Shown piece by piece: positions 8,954-19,180 of a DNA stretch of 64,000 bases. The translations under genes and the position numbers were made by a program. Origin of the DNA: Bradymonadia bacterium. GTDB taxonomy: Bacteria; Myxococcota_A; Bradymonadia; UBA7976; UBA1532. The stretch covers positions 1-64,000 of the forward strand of contig JBKAGE010000048.1 of NCBI GenBank assembly GCA_046290225.1, in the 5' to 3' direction. The notes under the pieces were generated by a model that saw nothing but the letters and a program-made list of their open reading frames with translations, was not told the DNA's origin and ran no database searches. Every line of letters begins with the position of its first letter. Within the stretch, counting starts at the first letter, position 1.

Positions 8954-10427
8954 GGTTCTGCACCATCGTGCCCTGATCAGGCCGCCTCAAGGTGTTCTCT
9001 TGCAGCGTCCAGCGCACATCGAGCAGGCGCCGGGCCCCTTCACCCACAGGCCAGTCCGCCGTGAACTCACCAGGCAGCACCAGCACGCCCGTGGTGGGAT
9101 CCGTCACCTCGCACGAGATTTGAGTCGAGCTGGACCGGATCGGATCGAGGAGCACGAGGCTCACCGTGAGCGGCCCTTCTCCTTCTGGGAGGGGGCTCCA
9201 CTCCACCAGCATGGGATCACCTGGGGTGATCTCCCGCACGTCGGGGTCAGGGGTCAGGATGTCGAAGGGTGACTCAAGGCCTCCGCTCACATCACCAGAC
9301 TGCACCCGCTCGACGATGTACTCGGCGCGCATCTCCAACGCGTCGGGGCCCAAGAGCACCCGCTTGCTGTCGGTGCGGCTGAGGCGCACGCGCACTGCGC
9401 TCAGGGGCAGCGCAGGGGCGAAGAGATCCGCGTCGAGATCGATGGCGCCGTCATCTCGAAGTACACCATTGAGCGTGAAGCTGCGGATCGCCCGGTACAC
9501 GTTCCGATTGAAGATCGGCAGGCTGCCACCGACGAACAGCTGCACCTGCCCGCTGATGTCGGGGCCGTCGGGGCCCAGCGTGCGGGCAGGGGTCCAGCTC
9601 AACTCCACCGACTCTTCGATGTTGCCTCGAGCGAGCTGGATGATGTCGGCGAGGGCGTCGGGCTCGACGCCAGTGATGACGTCGGGGCCGACGAGCTGAT
9701 CGACGAATTCACCGGAGAGTTCGCTGCCGCTGCCGGAGATCTCGATCTCGTCGCCAGGGCTGAAGACCCGCGCTTGATTCAGCGGGGGATCCTCGTCGCT
9801 GCGATAGATGATGGTGCCCTGGGCATTGCTGAAGACCGGGGTCTGGGTGAACTCGATGCGATCAGTGGTGACGGTGATGTCGCCGAGGTGCGCTTCGGGA
9901 TCAGGCACCACAGAGCGCACGATTTGACACGAGGCGTTGTCGATCTCTTGGATGTCGGCCTGGTTGAAGGCCCCCTGGAACCCGATCATCCGTTGCAGAT
10001 TGGCGCTGCCATCGACACCCTGGCTCACTGACAACCGCCACGCCTGACACGTGCCATCATCGGGCAGCTCTTCACACCCGCCACAGACATTGGTCAGGCC
10101 TTCGTCGATCTCACCGTCGAGATCTTCGTCGAGGCCGTTGCACTCCTCAGGGGGCGGCGGAGGCCCAAAGTCAGGCTCGGCATCGGGCTCGGGCTCCGCA
10201 TCGGGCAGGGCGGCGTCTGGTTCAGGCTCTGCATCGGGCTCGGGCGCTGCGTCGGGCTCGAGCTCTGCGTCAGAGCCGATGGCGGCGTCGACGCGATCGT
10301 CGATCTCGGCGTCGGAGCTTGCTGCATCGTTGGGGTCGGTGTCGTCGTCACGCTCGCGATCAACGCACGCGGTGAGGGCAACGAGGGCGGTGAGCATCAG
10401 GAGTGTCTGTCGCATCATGACCTTCAC
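8925..10427 (-). CDS. Acidic lipoprotein with EPDA repeats and a myxobacterial Cys-rich metal-binding-type motif
   Basis: Lipobox LTA-C; EPDAAPEPDAEPEPDA low-complexity tract; EECNGLDEDLDGEIDEG...CGGC. Confidence 0.7.
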   Translation of the reverse strand: MKVMMRQTLLMLTALVALTACVDRERDDDTDPNDAASSDAEIDDRVDAAIGSDAELEPDAAPEPDAEPEPDAALPDAEPEPDAEPDFGPPPPPEECNGLDEDLDGEIDEGLTNVCGGCEELPDDGTCQAWRLSVSQGVDGSANLQRMIGFQGAFNQADIQEIDNASCQIVRSVVPDPEAHLGDITVTTDRIEFTQTPVFSNAQGTIIYRSDEDPPLNQARVFSPGDEIEISGSGSELSGEFVDQLVGPDVITGVEPDALADIIQLARGNIEESVELSWTPARTLGPDGPDISGQVQLFVGGSLPIFNRNVYRAIRSFTLNGVLRDDGAIDLDADLFAPALPLSAVRVRLSRTDSKRVLLGPDALEMRAEYIVERVQSGDVSGGLESPFDILTPDPDVREITPGDPMLVEWSPLPEGEGPLTVSLVLLDPIRSSSTQISCEVTDPTTGVLVLPGEFTADWPVGEGARRLLDVRWTLQENTLRRPDQGTMVQNLSLILDLEE

Positions 10428-10485
10428 GGAGTCATCTCTCGGTCAGAGTGCCACAAAAGAAGGGTCCGATGCCCGATGTGGGCAA

Positions 10486-11271
10486 TCAGTAGGCCTGCTG
10501 AAACCTCAGGACGCGCTCTTTGGCGTCCGTAATGGCCAGGACACCATCTTCGAGGGTATGACCGCGGTGCGTGTTCAAGATGTCTTCGAGCACGACCTCC
10601 TGGCGCATGCGAAGCTGGTCTTCGGCGCCGTCGGTGCACGCGCCGTCCGTCGTGGTGGTCACCCTGAGCCTCATCCGGTTGCCTTCCAGGACGTAGGTGC
10701 CCGTGGCGTCGTGGCAGCCGAGGTGCCCGGTGACCTTGCCTCCCTGAAACCGCAGAGTGACGTCGTGGCCCTTGATGGGGGATCTCGGAGCGCCATCGAC
10801 GAGGGTCATGAGCTTCCAGTCCCTCAGCTCGATCGACATGTCCGACATCGTGCTTCGAGGAGGCTCGGCCTGCTGCCGGGTGAAGACGAGCGTACCCGTA
10901 CCACCACGGAGCTCAAGCCGCCCATTGTCGATAGACACCTCCGAGGCGCTCCGCAGATTGCGCAGGTAGTCACCTTCCTGCTTCATCCTGGCCTCGTCGA
11001 GGCAGGCCCTGAGGGTAGAGGAGACTGAGCCTACAGTGAGCTTTCCTCCGGTGTGTTGATAGTTGCCTCCATAGGCATTGCATCCACTGCGGCCGCCCAT
11101 GACCGCGTACTCGAGCCACAACGTGGTGCCAGGTAGGGCGTCGCGGCCGTCGATCTCGGCGAGGGCCCACCCGCCGAGCATGTCTTTGCCCGCGGGCGCC
11201 TCTGCGTTGGCGGTGGTGATGAGGGTGGAGAGCGCGAGGAGCAGGGTGGCGAGGGTGAGCGAGGGACGCAT
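10486..11271 (-). CDS. Secreted protein with two META (HslJ-like) domains
   Basis: Signal peptide; GRSGCNAYGGNY...VSSTLRAC and VTGHLGCHDATGTY...TTDGAC are tandem META patterns; AGGAG RBS. Confidence 0.85.
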   Translation of the reverse strand: MRPSLTLATLLLALSTLITTANAEAPAGKDMLGGWALAEIDGRDALPGTTLWLEYAVMGGRSGCNAYGGNYQHTGGKLTVGSVSSTLRACLDEARMKQEGDYLRNLRSASEVSIDNGRLELRGGTGTLVFTRQQAEPPRSTMSDMSIELRDWKLMTLVDGAPRSPIKGHDVTLRFQGGKVTGHLGCHDATGTYVLEGNRMRLRVTTTTDGACTDGAEDQLRMRQEVVLEDILNTHRGHTLEDGVLAITDAKERVLRFQQAY

Positions 11272-11354
11272 GGGGGATCTCCTGTGAGTCGAGTGATAGA
11301 CCCAACGAGCAGCGTGCCGAGAAGATCCTTTTAGAATGTGGTCAAGCAGAACTC

Positions 11355-12395
11355 TCAGCCCAGGACGTCGTCAGGTGTTTCTGCTGTGAGAATGCGTTCG
11401 AGGGCGCGGTCGAGCGCATCGATTTCCACTGCGTCGATGATGGCCATGTACTCATCGGAGAGGCCCTGGAACTTGAGTCGCATTTGTTTCTTGAGGGTGT
11501 GACGGGTCTTGTCGAGTAGAGCTTGACTGGCCATCTCTGACGCCATCGCTGAAGCCATCTCTGATGCCATCGCTGATGCCATCTCCGTGGCCATTTCTGA
11601 TGCCATCCCGGAGGCGAGCTCCTGTGCTTTCTGTGCCATCAGCTCTTCACGGAACTGCTCCACTTTCTCCGGGTCTGAGAGGATTTGTGCCACCTTCTCG
11701 GAGACCTTCTTCTCGACGAGTGCTTTGTAGTGGTCAGAGAAGGGCTCAGTGATTTCGATGTCGCTCAACATATGTATGAAGACCTCCTGGGCCACTTGGG
11801 AGAAGCGGGCCAATGCCATGTCAGTGTAGAGGGTGAACCTGCGCTCGTCGAGTGATGACACGAGCGCGACAGCGGGGGCGACGAGCTCGAGGCTGTGCTC
11901 ACTCTCACCGTGCATGATGATGGAGAGCAGCGTCAGCTCTGGGTGACTCGTGGCGTGTTGAGGGTTCGATATGACGGGCACCTGGTCAGGTCCGAGCACC
12001 CTTGGCGTATAGGTGTTTCCGTCTCCGACTTCGATGGGTCGACTGGCCCATCGTGCAACAGAAGGCTCAGGCGCGATCACGAGGACGATCGCAGGGCAAC
12101 GTTTTCGTGCGCGGGCGCTGGCGGCGTAGTAGGGCCAGCTGTAACGCTTCTCGTTGTCGATGCTGAGCTGAACCTCGATGATGAGGGCCATCTGCGGCAC
12201 TGTGCCCAACGTCAAAATGGTCGACTCGTCAGCGTCATAGGCAGCCGGGGTGGACTGGGCCAGGTTGATTTTGCCGCTGGTGACTGTGTCGTGTGCTGGT
12301 AATGGAGGCAGGCCTGCTGCTTGCCAGAGCTGAGTGGCGAGTTGTGGGCTTTCTGTAAAACACTCGACGATGACTTCGTGCAATGTGCTGGGCAT
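11355..12395 (-). CDS. Rpn/YhgA-like PD-(D/E)XK nuclease-family protein with C-terminal DUF4351-like domain
   Basis: MPSTLHEVIVECF...YDADES...IIEVQLSIDNEKRYSWPYY...PAIVLVIAP; C-terminal LKKQMRLKF...LDRALERILTAETPDDVLG. Confidence 0.7.
   Translation of the reverse strand: MPSTLHEVIVECFTESPQLATQLWQAAGLPPLPAHDTVTSGKINLAQSTPAAYDADESTILTLGTVPQMALIIEVQLSIDNEKRYSWPYYAASARARKRCPAIVLVIAPEPSVARWASRPIEVGDGNTYTPRVLGPDQVPVISNPQHATSHPELTLLSIIMHGESEHSLELVAPAVALVSSLDERRFTLYTDMALARFSQVAQEVFIHMLSDIEITEPFSDHYKALVEKKVSEKVAQILSDPEKVEQFREELMAQKAQELASGMASEMATEMASAMASEMASAMASEMASQALLDKTRHTLKKQMRLKFQGLSDEYMAIIDAVEIDALDRALERILTAETPDDVLG
11530..11607. repeat. Imperfect 12-bp coding tandem repeat (~6.5 copies, GCCATC[T/G]CTGAT-like) encoding MASE/MASA/MATE units
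   Basis: Units start at 11530, 11542, 11554, 11566, 11578, 11590 and 11602; protein reads MASEMATEMASAMASEMASAMASEMASQ. Confidence 0.9.
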
Positions 12396-12483
12396 GCCGC
12401 TTCCTGAATGGGTGAGCTTGCCCTCGATTACATCTGTGGTGGTGCGTGTATTCCGTGTATTTCGCTGCTGTCGGTGATTCTGC

Positions 12484-13110
12484 TCAGCCTCGCCAGTCCA
12501 GCCCGCCTTGTTGCACCACGAACTTGGCGATCGTGTCCACCCCGTCATTGTGCTTGAGGGCGGTGAACACGAAGGGGCGCTCACCGCGCATCTTCTTCGA
12601 GTCGCGATCCATCACCTCGAGCGATGCCCCCACCAGGGGGGCCAGATCGGTCTTGTTGATGATCAACAAATCAGAGCGGGTGATGCCCGGGCCGCCCTTC
12701 CGAGGGATCTTGTCGCCTGCAGAGACGTCGATCACATAGAGCGTCAGATCAGCGAGCTCGGGGCTGAAGGTCGCCGCGAGGTTGTCGCCCCCAGACTCGA
12801 TGAACAGCAGCTCCAGCCCAGGGAACTTGGCCGACATCTCGTCCACTGCCGAGAGGTTGATCGAGGCGTCTTCCCGAATGGCCGTATGGGGGCAACCGCC
12901 GGTCTCCACGCCCATAATGCGATCGGGCGTCAGCGCCCCTGAACGGGTGAGGAACTGGGCGTCTTCCCGGGTGTAGATGTCATTGGTGATGACAGCCACA
13001 TCGTAAAGATCGCGCAGGCGCTTGCAGAGGCGATCGGCGAGGGCGGTCTTACCAGAGCCCACAGGGCCTCCGATGCCGACGCGGAAGGGTCCACCGGGGA
13101 GAGTCGTCAT
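12484..13110 (-). CDS. ureG: Urease accessory GTPase UreG
   Basis: [12 protein letters not shown]-loop, [28 protein letters not shown] overlaps the ureF stop. Confidence 0.97.
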   Translation of the reverse strand: MTTLPGGPFRVGIGGPVGSGKTALADRLCKRLRDLYDVAVITNDIYTREDAQFLTRSGALTPDRIMGVETGGCPHTAIREDASINLSAVDEMSAKFPGLELLFIESGGDNLAATFSPELADLTLYVIDVSAGDKIPRKGGPGITRSDLLIINKTDLAPLVGASLEVMDRDSKKMRGERPFVFTALKHNDGVDTIAKFVVQQGGLDWRG

Positions 13111-13799
13111 GATCGAAACAGCCTCACGTGTTGAGTCTCGTGATGAATCGACGCCAGCTCTGCCCAGGGGGCCGCGGTGGACACCTCTTCGAGGGAGGTG
13201 CTCAGCGCCTGCGTAGCGGCGTCGTGGATGATGGGGGCCAGGGCTGCGAGAGCTTGCTGGCCCGCGGTCTGCCCCAGAGGCACCAGCCGAACCCCAGCAG
13301 AGACGAGGTTGGCGGCGAAGGCGTGCAGATGGGCGGTGACCGTGGCTTCGAGGGGCACGTTGTGAGCTGCAGCAGCGACGCCCACTGCGATGGCATAGGG
13401 CAGGCCCGTGGCCCGGTGTCGGGTGGCCCAGCGCTCGAGGGTGGTGGAAGGCCACGCGGCGAGGGTGGCCCGCACGAAGGCTTCACCCTGCTTCTGGCTC
13501 TCGAGGGCTGTCTCCTGGGTGCCGCGGAAGGCATGAGCGTGGGCGGTCACCTTCGCCAGCTCCTCGTCGTCTTCTGCGGCGACGGCGAGCCAGCCCTCGG
13601 AGAGCATCACCGCGTCGACGTGACCGCCGCCGTGACGCAACAACACCTCGATCCAGGCCTGGAGGCTCGGGCCGTCCGTGATCTCGCCCTGCTCCACGGC
13701 CCACTCGACGCCGTGGCTGTACGTGTAGGCGCCAACGGGGTAGCCCGGCGACATCCAGGTGAGCAGGGCGTAGAGGGTGTGGCTGGAGAGCTCAATCAT
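13107..13799 (-). CDS. ureF: Urease accessory protein UreF
   Basis: [19 protein letters not shown]...[12 protein letters not shown]...[11 protein letters not shown]. Confidence 0.95.
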   Translation of the reverse strand: MIELSSHTLYALLTWMSPGYPVGAYTYSHGVEWAVEQGEITDGPSLQAWIEVLLRHGGGHVDAVMLSEGWLAVAAEDDEELAKVTAHAHAFRGTQETALESQKQGEAFVRATLAAWPSTTLERWATRHRATGLPYAIAVGVAAAAHNVPLEATVTAHLHAFAANLVSAGVRLVPLGQTAGQQALAALAPIIHDAATQALSTSLEEVSTAAPWAELASIHHETQHVRLFRS

Positions 13800-14277
13800 G
13801 GCTGTGCCCGGGACCGGTGCCAGCGCCATGATCGTGATATGCCCCCCGCTCTGGCTGGAAGGGGGCTCGCGCCTCGACCACTGTCGCCCCGAGGCCCCGC
13901 AACATGTCTGCGAGCACGTGATCGGGTCGGATGAGGATGTGATCTCGATGCAGGGCCGCCGGGGTATGACGGTTGCCCAGGTGCCACGCCAGCCGCATCA
14001 GGGCCATGGGGCTCTCAGCGGTGATCGACAGCAATGGCTCCGGAGCGGCGACGATGGCGTAGATCTCACCCTCGGGGCCCTCGAGCCCATCGCCTTCCGA
14101 TAGAGGCACGGCCCTGGGCAGCGACAAGACACAGGCTGTGCCGTTGTCAGCAGTCAGTACACGACGGCGGCGATAGCGCTCGTCGTAGGTCAGCGTGATT
14201 GTCGAAGCCTGCCGAGTTGCGTCCCAGTGCCCCGCAGGGCGGACCGCGGTGAGAGGCTTGAGTTGAGGATCGGACAT
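13792..14277 (-). CDS. ureE: Urease nickel chaperone UreE
   Basis: LTYDERYRRR...LAWHLGNRH...DHVLADML...FQPERGAY followed by a short His tail HDHG...HSHD. Confidence 0.95.
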   Translation of the reverse strand: MSDPQLKPLTAVRPAGHWDATRQASTITLTYDERYRRRRVLTADNGTACVLSLPRAVPLSEGDGLEGPEGEIYAIVAAPEPLLSITAESPMALMRLAWHLGNRHTPAALHRDHILIRPDHVLADMLRGLGATVVEARAPFQPERGAYHDHGAGTGPGHSHD

Positions 14278-14290
14278 GGGGCCTCTCATC

Positions 14291-16000
14291 TCAGAACAGG
14301 AAGTAGCGCTGGCCCAGAGCCACCTCGGCGAGGGGCTCGCAGGTGAGTAACTCGCCGTCGGCCCGGACCTCGTAGGTCTCCGGGTCGACCTCGATGTGAG
14401 GGGTGGCGTCGTTGAGCACCATCGATGACTTGCCAATGTCTCGGGTGCCCTTCACCGCCACGAGCTGACGCTGCAGGCGCAGAGGTGTGGCGATGTCGGC
14501 TTCGAGGGCTGCCTGGCTCACGAAGGTCAGGCAGCTGTCAGTCATGGCCCCGGCGAAGGCGCCGAACATGGGTCGCATGTGCACCGGCTGTGGGGTGGGG
14601 ATCGAGGCGTTCGGATCGCCCATGGGGGCCATGACGATGGTGCCCCCCTTGATGACCAGATCTGGCTTGGCGCCGAAGAAGGCCGGCGACCACAGGCACA
14701 GATCGGCGAGCTTGCCGGGCTCCACAGAGCCCACATGCTCGGAGACGCCGTGGGCGATGGCGGGGTTGAGGGTGTACTTCGCCACATAGCGGCGCACCCG
14801 CAGGTTGTCGTTCTTGCCGGTTTCTTCTGGCAGGCGCCCCCGCTGCTTCTTCATTTTGTCCGCGCTCTGCCACGTGCGGGTGATCACCTCACCCACGCGG
14901 CCCATGGCCTGTGAGTCGGAGGCGATGATCGAGAAAGCACCCATGTCGTGCAGGATGTCTTCCGCGGCGATGGTCTCCTTGCGGATGCGGCTCTCGGCGA
15001 AGGCGACATCTTCGGGGATGCGGGGATCGAGGTGATGACACACCATGAGCATGTCGAGGTGCTCCTCGACCGTGTTCACCGTGTAGGGCCGAGTGGGGTT
15101 CGTCGACGAGGGGATCACATTGGCCAGCCCGGCGGCCTTGATGATGTCCGGGGCGTGACCCCCGCCGGCGCCCTCGGTGTGGAAGGCGTGGATCGTGCGG
15201 CCGTCGATGGCGGCGATGGTGCGCTCGACGAAGCCCGACTCGTTGAGGGTGTCGGTGTGAATGAGCACCTGCACGTCGAGCTGATCGGCCACGGTGAGGC
15301 AGCAGTCGATGGCCCCGGGGGTGGTGCCCCAATCCTCGTGCAGCTTCAGGCCGCATACACCGGCGCGCACCTGCTCTACGAGGCCGTCGGGTCGGGCGGC
15401 GTTGCCCTTGCCGTAGAAGCCCAGGTTGATGGGGAACGCCTCGGCGGCTTGCAACATGCGGCCGATGTGCCAGGGCCCCGGGGTGCACGTGGTGGCCAGG
15501 GTGCCCGAGGCGGGCCCGGTGCCACCACCCATGAGGGTGGTCACCCCGCTCGCCAGGGCTTCTTCGATTTGCTGAGGGCAGATGAAGTGGATGTGCACGT
15601 CGAGGCCGCCAGCGGTGAGGATCTTGCCCTCACCGCCGATGATCTCCGTACAGGGCCCGATGACGAGATCAACCCCTGGCTGAACGTCGGGGTTGCCCGC
15701 CTTGCCGATGCCCGCGATGCGGCCGTCGCGGATGCCCACGTCGGCTTTGACGATGCCCCAGTGGTCCACGATGACCGCGTTGGTGATCACCGTGTCGAGG
15801 GCCCCCTCGGCTCGGGTGCGCTGGCTCTGCCCCATCCCGTCACGGATCACCTTGCCCCCGCCGAACTTCACCTCTTCGCCGTAGATGGCGTGATCTCGCT
15901 CGATCTCGATGAAGAGATCGGTGTCGGCGAGCCGGATTTTATCGCCGGTGGTGGGGCCGAACATGGCGGCGTAATCCGCACGACTCAGCGTGACACTCAT
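14291..16000 (-). CDS. ureC: Urease subunit alpha
   Basis: [18 protein letters not shown] (carbamylated Lys), [36 protein letters not shown]. Confidence 0.99.
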   Translation of the reverse strand: MSVTLSRADYAAMFGPTTGDKIRLADTDLFIEIERDHAIYGEEVKFGGGKVIRDGMGQSQRTRAEGALDTVITNAVIVDHWGIVKADVGIRDGRIAGIGKAGNPDVQPGVDLVIGPCTEIIGGEGKILTAGGLDVHIHFICPQQIEEALASGVTTLMGGGTGPASGTLATTCTPGPWHIGRMLQAAEAFPINLGFYGKGNAARPDGLVEQVRAGVCGLKLHEDWGTTPGAIDCCLTVADQLDVQVLIHTDTLNESGFVERTIAAIDGRTIHAFHTEGAGGGHAPDIIKAAGLANVIPSSTNPTRPYTVNTVEEHLDMLMVCHHLDPRIPEDVAFAESRIRKETIAAEDILHDMGAFSIIASDSQAMGRVGEVITRTWQSADKMKKQRGRLPEETGKNDNLRVRRYVAKYTLNPAIAHGVSEHVGSVEPGKLADLCLWSPAFFGAKPDLVIKGGTIVMAPMGDPNASIPTPQPVHMRPMFGAFAGAMTDSCLTFVSQAALEADIATPLRLQRQLVAVKGTRDIGKSSMVLNDATPHIEVDPETYEVRADGELLTCEPLAEVALGQRYFLF

Positions 16001-16371
16001 GGTTGCCCCCCTTCGCCTTGCTCGAGATCGAGCGGGCCCTGAATGAGCTGGTTGAAGCCCCAGACCTGTCGGGCGCCTGGATAGTCCACGAGAAACACCT
16101 CGCGGGTCTGACCGGGCTCGAAGCGCACCGCCGTGCCCGGTGGGATCGCCAGCCGGCGGCCACGGGCGATCTCCCGAGGAAACCTCAAAGCGCTGTTCAC
16201 CTCGTAGAAGTGATAGTGGCTGCCCACCTGAATGGGCCGATCGCCAGTGTTCGACACCTCGAGGGGGATCAGCCGGGCGCCTTTGTTGAGGGTGATGCGC
16301 CCCGGACCGGTGATGATCTCACCAGGGACCATCGGGCGACGGCTCTGCTGATCGGCTGCCTGCTTGCTCAC
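15997..16371 (-). CDS. ureB: Urease subunit beta
   Basis: PGEII...[19 protein letters not shown]...GTAVRFEPG. Confidence 0.97.
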   Translation of the reverse strand: MSKQAADQQSRRPMVPGEIITGPGRITLNKGARLIPLEVSNTGDRPIQVGSHYHFYEVNSALRFPREIARGRRLAIPPGTAVRFEPGQTREVFLVDYPGARQVWGFNQLIQGPLDLEQGEGGQP

Positions 16372-16748
16372 GTCATCTGCCTCTCGCCAATGACCGTAGG
16401 CTCGCCGCCGAGTGGATCAGACGTGAGCGCGCTCTCGGGCAGCTGTGGCCGTATCGGCTGGTGCACCGTGACCAGCTTGGTGCCATCGGGGAACGTGGCC
16501 TCTACCTGCACGGTGTGGATCATGTCGGCGATGCCTTCCATGACCTGGCCGGTGTGGATCACGTGGGCCCCAGCTTCCATGAGATCGGCCACGGAGCGAC
16601 CATCCCGAGCGCCCTCGACGATGAAATCGGTGATGAGGGCAATGGCCTCAGGGTGGTTGAGCTTCACGCCCCGTTCGAGGCGCCGCCGGGCCACTGTGGC
16701 CGCCATGGCCACGAGCAGCTTGTCTTTCTCTCGAGGAGTCAGGTGCAT
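16368..16748 (-). CDS. ureA: Urease subunit gamma
   Basis: [11 protein letters not shown]...KLNHPEA...[18 protein letters not shown], plus a ~25-aa C-terminal extension. Confidence 0.97.
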   Translation of the reverse strand: MHLTPREKDKLLVAMAATVARRRLERGVKLNHPEAIALITDFIVEGARDGRSVADLMEAGAHVIHTGQVMEGIADMIHTVQVEATFPDGTKLVTVHQPIRPQLPESALTSDPLGGEPTVIGERQMT

Positions 16749-16781
16749 CGAGGGCTCCGTATCGTGGGGCTGTGCTTGATG

Positions 16782-17633
16782 TCAGGTGTGCCAGACACGG
16801 GGCAGCTCCGGAGGCAAGTCGGCGAGCATGGCGCGGGCGCTGCTCAGCGCGTCGCCGAGGCTGCGTCGCACCGCCTGCGGATCTGGTCCCATCAGCCGGC
16901 CGATGATCACCCCATTGACGCGGGTGACGCCGCCGGCGCACTGAGGTTGCAGCGCGTCGTGCAGGCACTGCCGCAAGGCGTCGCGGCAGGCATCGTCGGG
17001 GGTTGGCCCTACGTAGACCATCGTGGCCAGGGCCCGGGCCCCCTGAAACGCTTGAGGGCTGTGCAGCGGCCCGTCATCGTCGAGGCGCAGGGCATCGAGC
17101 CAGCGCAGCTGACCGTCGACGGAGACCGACCAGCGCTCGTGGAGCAGCCCCCGGGTCCAACGCTCGCCGTGGGCTGCGCGGCCGAGGACCGACATCTCCG
17201 CAGCGAGGACCTCGCCGCCGCTGTACACATCGAGGCGGGTGACGCGCTTCAAGGCGCTGTGATCGAAGAGGATCGTCTCTTGAGGCACCCACTCCAGCCA
17301 GGCACCAGGACCTGCAGTGAGGGTGACGTCGATGTGCACCGGTCCGTCACCAGGGCGCGCTTTGTAGATCTTCTCTGCTGCCTGAGTCGTGAGCCTGACA
17401 CGGGCCCCGGCATCAGCCTGAAACCTACACTCGACATGATCGCCCCCGGTGAGTCCACCGGTGGTGGTGATCAGCACCCCCGTGGGCAATGGATCGTCGT
17501 CTCGGGGCATGAGCATGCGGCAGGGGCTCTGATGCCTCAGCTCGAGGAGGGTGGCCCCCCCAGGTCGAGTGGGCGGGCTGGCCTGAAATCTGACCCGGGC
17601 AAAACCCCGAGCGCGCTGAAGCGGGCGGTTCAC
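16782..17633 (-). CDS. ureD: Urease accessory protein UreD
   Basis: TTGGLTGGD...TTQAAEKIY...LEWVPQETILF...GRAAHGE...LPRVW. Confidence 0.93.
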   Translation of the reverse strand: MNRPLQRARGFARVRFQASPPTRPGGATLLELRHQSPCRMLMPRDDDPLPTGVLITTTGGLTGGDHVECRFQADAGARVRLTTQAAEKIYKARPGDGPVHIDVTLTAGPGAWLEWVPQETILFDHSALKRVTRLDVYSGGEVLAAEMSVLGRAAHGERWTRGLLHERWSVSVDGQLRWLDALRLDDDGPLHSPQAFQGARALATMVYVGPTPDDACRDALRQCLHDALQPQCAGGVTRVNGVIIGRLMGPDPQAVRRSLGDALSSARAMLADLPPELPRVWHT

Positions 17634-17725
17634 GCGTTCATCATTGGGAGGATGTCAGGGCGCTGGCAAGGGGGGAGAGACTGGTGTGGTGAAACGTATG
17701 TAAAGTTTTGCCGCTTTTCAGAGAC

Positions 17726-19180
17726 TCAAACGCCCTGGCCTGTGTTCGAGATTTGCAGGTGTCGGAGGATGGCGTGTGCGGTCTTCGAGACCTCGAGGGC
17801 ATGATCCGCCTCGATGCCCTGTAGGAGATCCAGGCAAGCTGAGTAGACATCGTCTCCCTGATGAGAGGGGGCCTCGCTCGCGGGCGTGTGATGTGTCAGC
17901 AGTTGCACAGCGTCTTCGACAGTGAGCACAGCCTGATCTCGGTCCGGGCCTGTACCAGACAAGCATTTGAGGTAGTCGATCAGACGCAAGAGCTTGCGCC
18001 GGACACGATGGCTGGAGCGCATCAGGAACCACACGTTGAACAAGCGCTCGTTGAGCTGAAACCCGGCTCTCTTGCTGCGATGCAGACGCACCTTCTCCAC
18101 CACGCCTTCTTTCACGAGACGGTTGAGCTGAGAAGAGACCTGATTGACATCGAGGCGCAGCATCTGAGCGACGTCGCTCGCCCTGGCCGGATGCCAGTGT
18201 CGACAGAGCGCCCCGACAATGTGCTGTCGTTGAGGTGACATCGCGCTCAAGCTGTGTCTGTAGAGAGGCGTGTATCGATCGAGCAGCTGCTCCAGATCGC
18301 TGTGCACGTCGCCGTCTACCGTGTGCCGAAGGTGCGTGTACACCAGCACGACAGCGCGAGGGTTGCCCCCGGTGAGGATGTGACAGCTCTCGACACGGCC
18401 CGGATCGTGGTCGAGCACTCTCAACACCTGCTCAGCGCCGTCGGCTGCTGCCAGTGAGCGGATGACGGCGAAGGTCTCCTTCTGACTCAGGGGTCTGAGA
18501 TGGTGTGTCTGGAAGAATGCATAGAATGCCTGATCGTACTTCCAGAGTGAGGGGGCGAGGGTGCCGCTCGTGCCGATGAGCAGCAGGCGTGCCTCACGTG
18601 CAGAGAGCACCTCTCTCAGTCCCCAGCTCTCGCCGACGTGTTCGAGCCGCTCGAGGATCTGGTCGAGGTTGTCCACCAGCAGAACCAGTCGCTGACTCAG
18701 CTGATGAGAGAGCGCCAGGATCAGGTCATAGGCCATATCGTGGCGGGTACCCTCGTCCTTGATGTCGTGTATGGCGTCCAATTGCACATCGAGGGCCTCG
18801 AGGCCTGTGGCGTCGAAGATCTCTGCGTGTTCCAAATGATCGTAGAGAGCATCAAGCACGTTGAGCCACACATCGCTCAGGTGCACCACGTTGTATTGCT
18901 CTTCGGGGAACATGAGCGGTAGCCAGTGCTGGGAAAGCGCGGCGTGATCTTCGATGGCGTACCCCAGGCGTCGGAGCAGCGTGCTCTTGCCCATGCCACG
19001 ATGACCGATGAGCAGGTGGTGTTGCAGAGAGCCACCAGCGTTGAGGGGCAGATCTTCGATGATGCGGTCGATGATCTTGCGCCGGGGCACGAAGCGCTCG
19101 ACGAGGGCGCTCCGGCTCATGAGGCCAGGGTTGTAGACCGCGAGATCGAGCCTGGAGCGTCCTGTGTCGGGTGCGCTCAC
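17726..19180 (-). CDS. STAND-like AAA ATPase with winged-helix region
   Basis: Walker A GHRGMGKS, Walker B LLVDNLD, TGGNPR motif, HTH-like ASDVAQMLRLDVNQVSSQLNRLVKEG. Confidence 0.75.
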   Translation of the reverse strand: MSAPDTGRSRLDLAVYNPGLMSRSALVERFVPRRKIIDRIIEDLPLNAGGSLQHHLLIGHRGMGKSTLLRRLGYAIEDHAALSQHWLPLMFPEEQYNVVHLSDVWLNVLDALYDHLEHAEIFDATGLEALDVQLDAIHDIKDEGTRHDMAYDLILALSHQLSQRLVLLVDNLDQILERLEHVGESWGLREVLSAREARLLLIGTSGTLAPSLWKYDQAFYAFFQTHHLRPLSQKETFAVIRSLAAADGAEQVLRVLDHDPGRVESCHILTGGNPRAVVLVYTHLRHTVDGDVHSDLEQLLDRYTPLYRHSLSAMSPQRQHIVGALCRHWHPARASDVAQMLRLDVNQVSSQLNRLVKEGVVEKVRLHRSKRAGFQLNERLFNVWFLMRSSHRVRRKLLRLIDYLKCLSGTGPDRDQAVLTVEDAVQLLTHHTPASEAPSHQGDDVYSACLDLLQGIEADHALEVSKTAHAILRHLQISNTGQGV

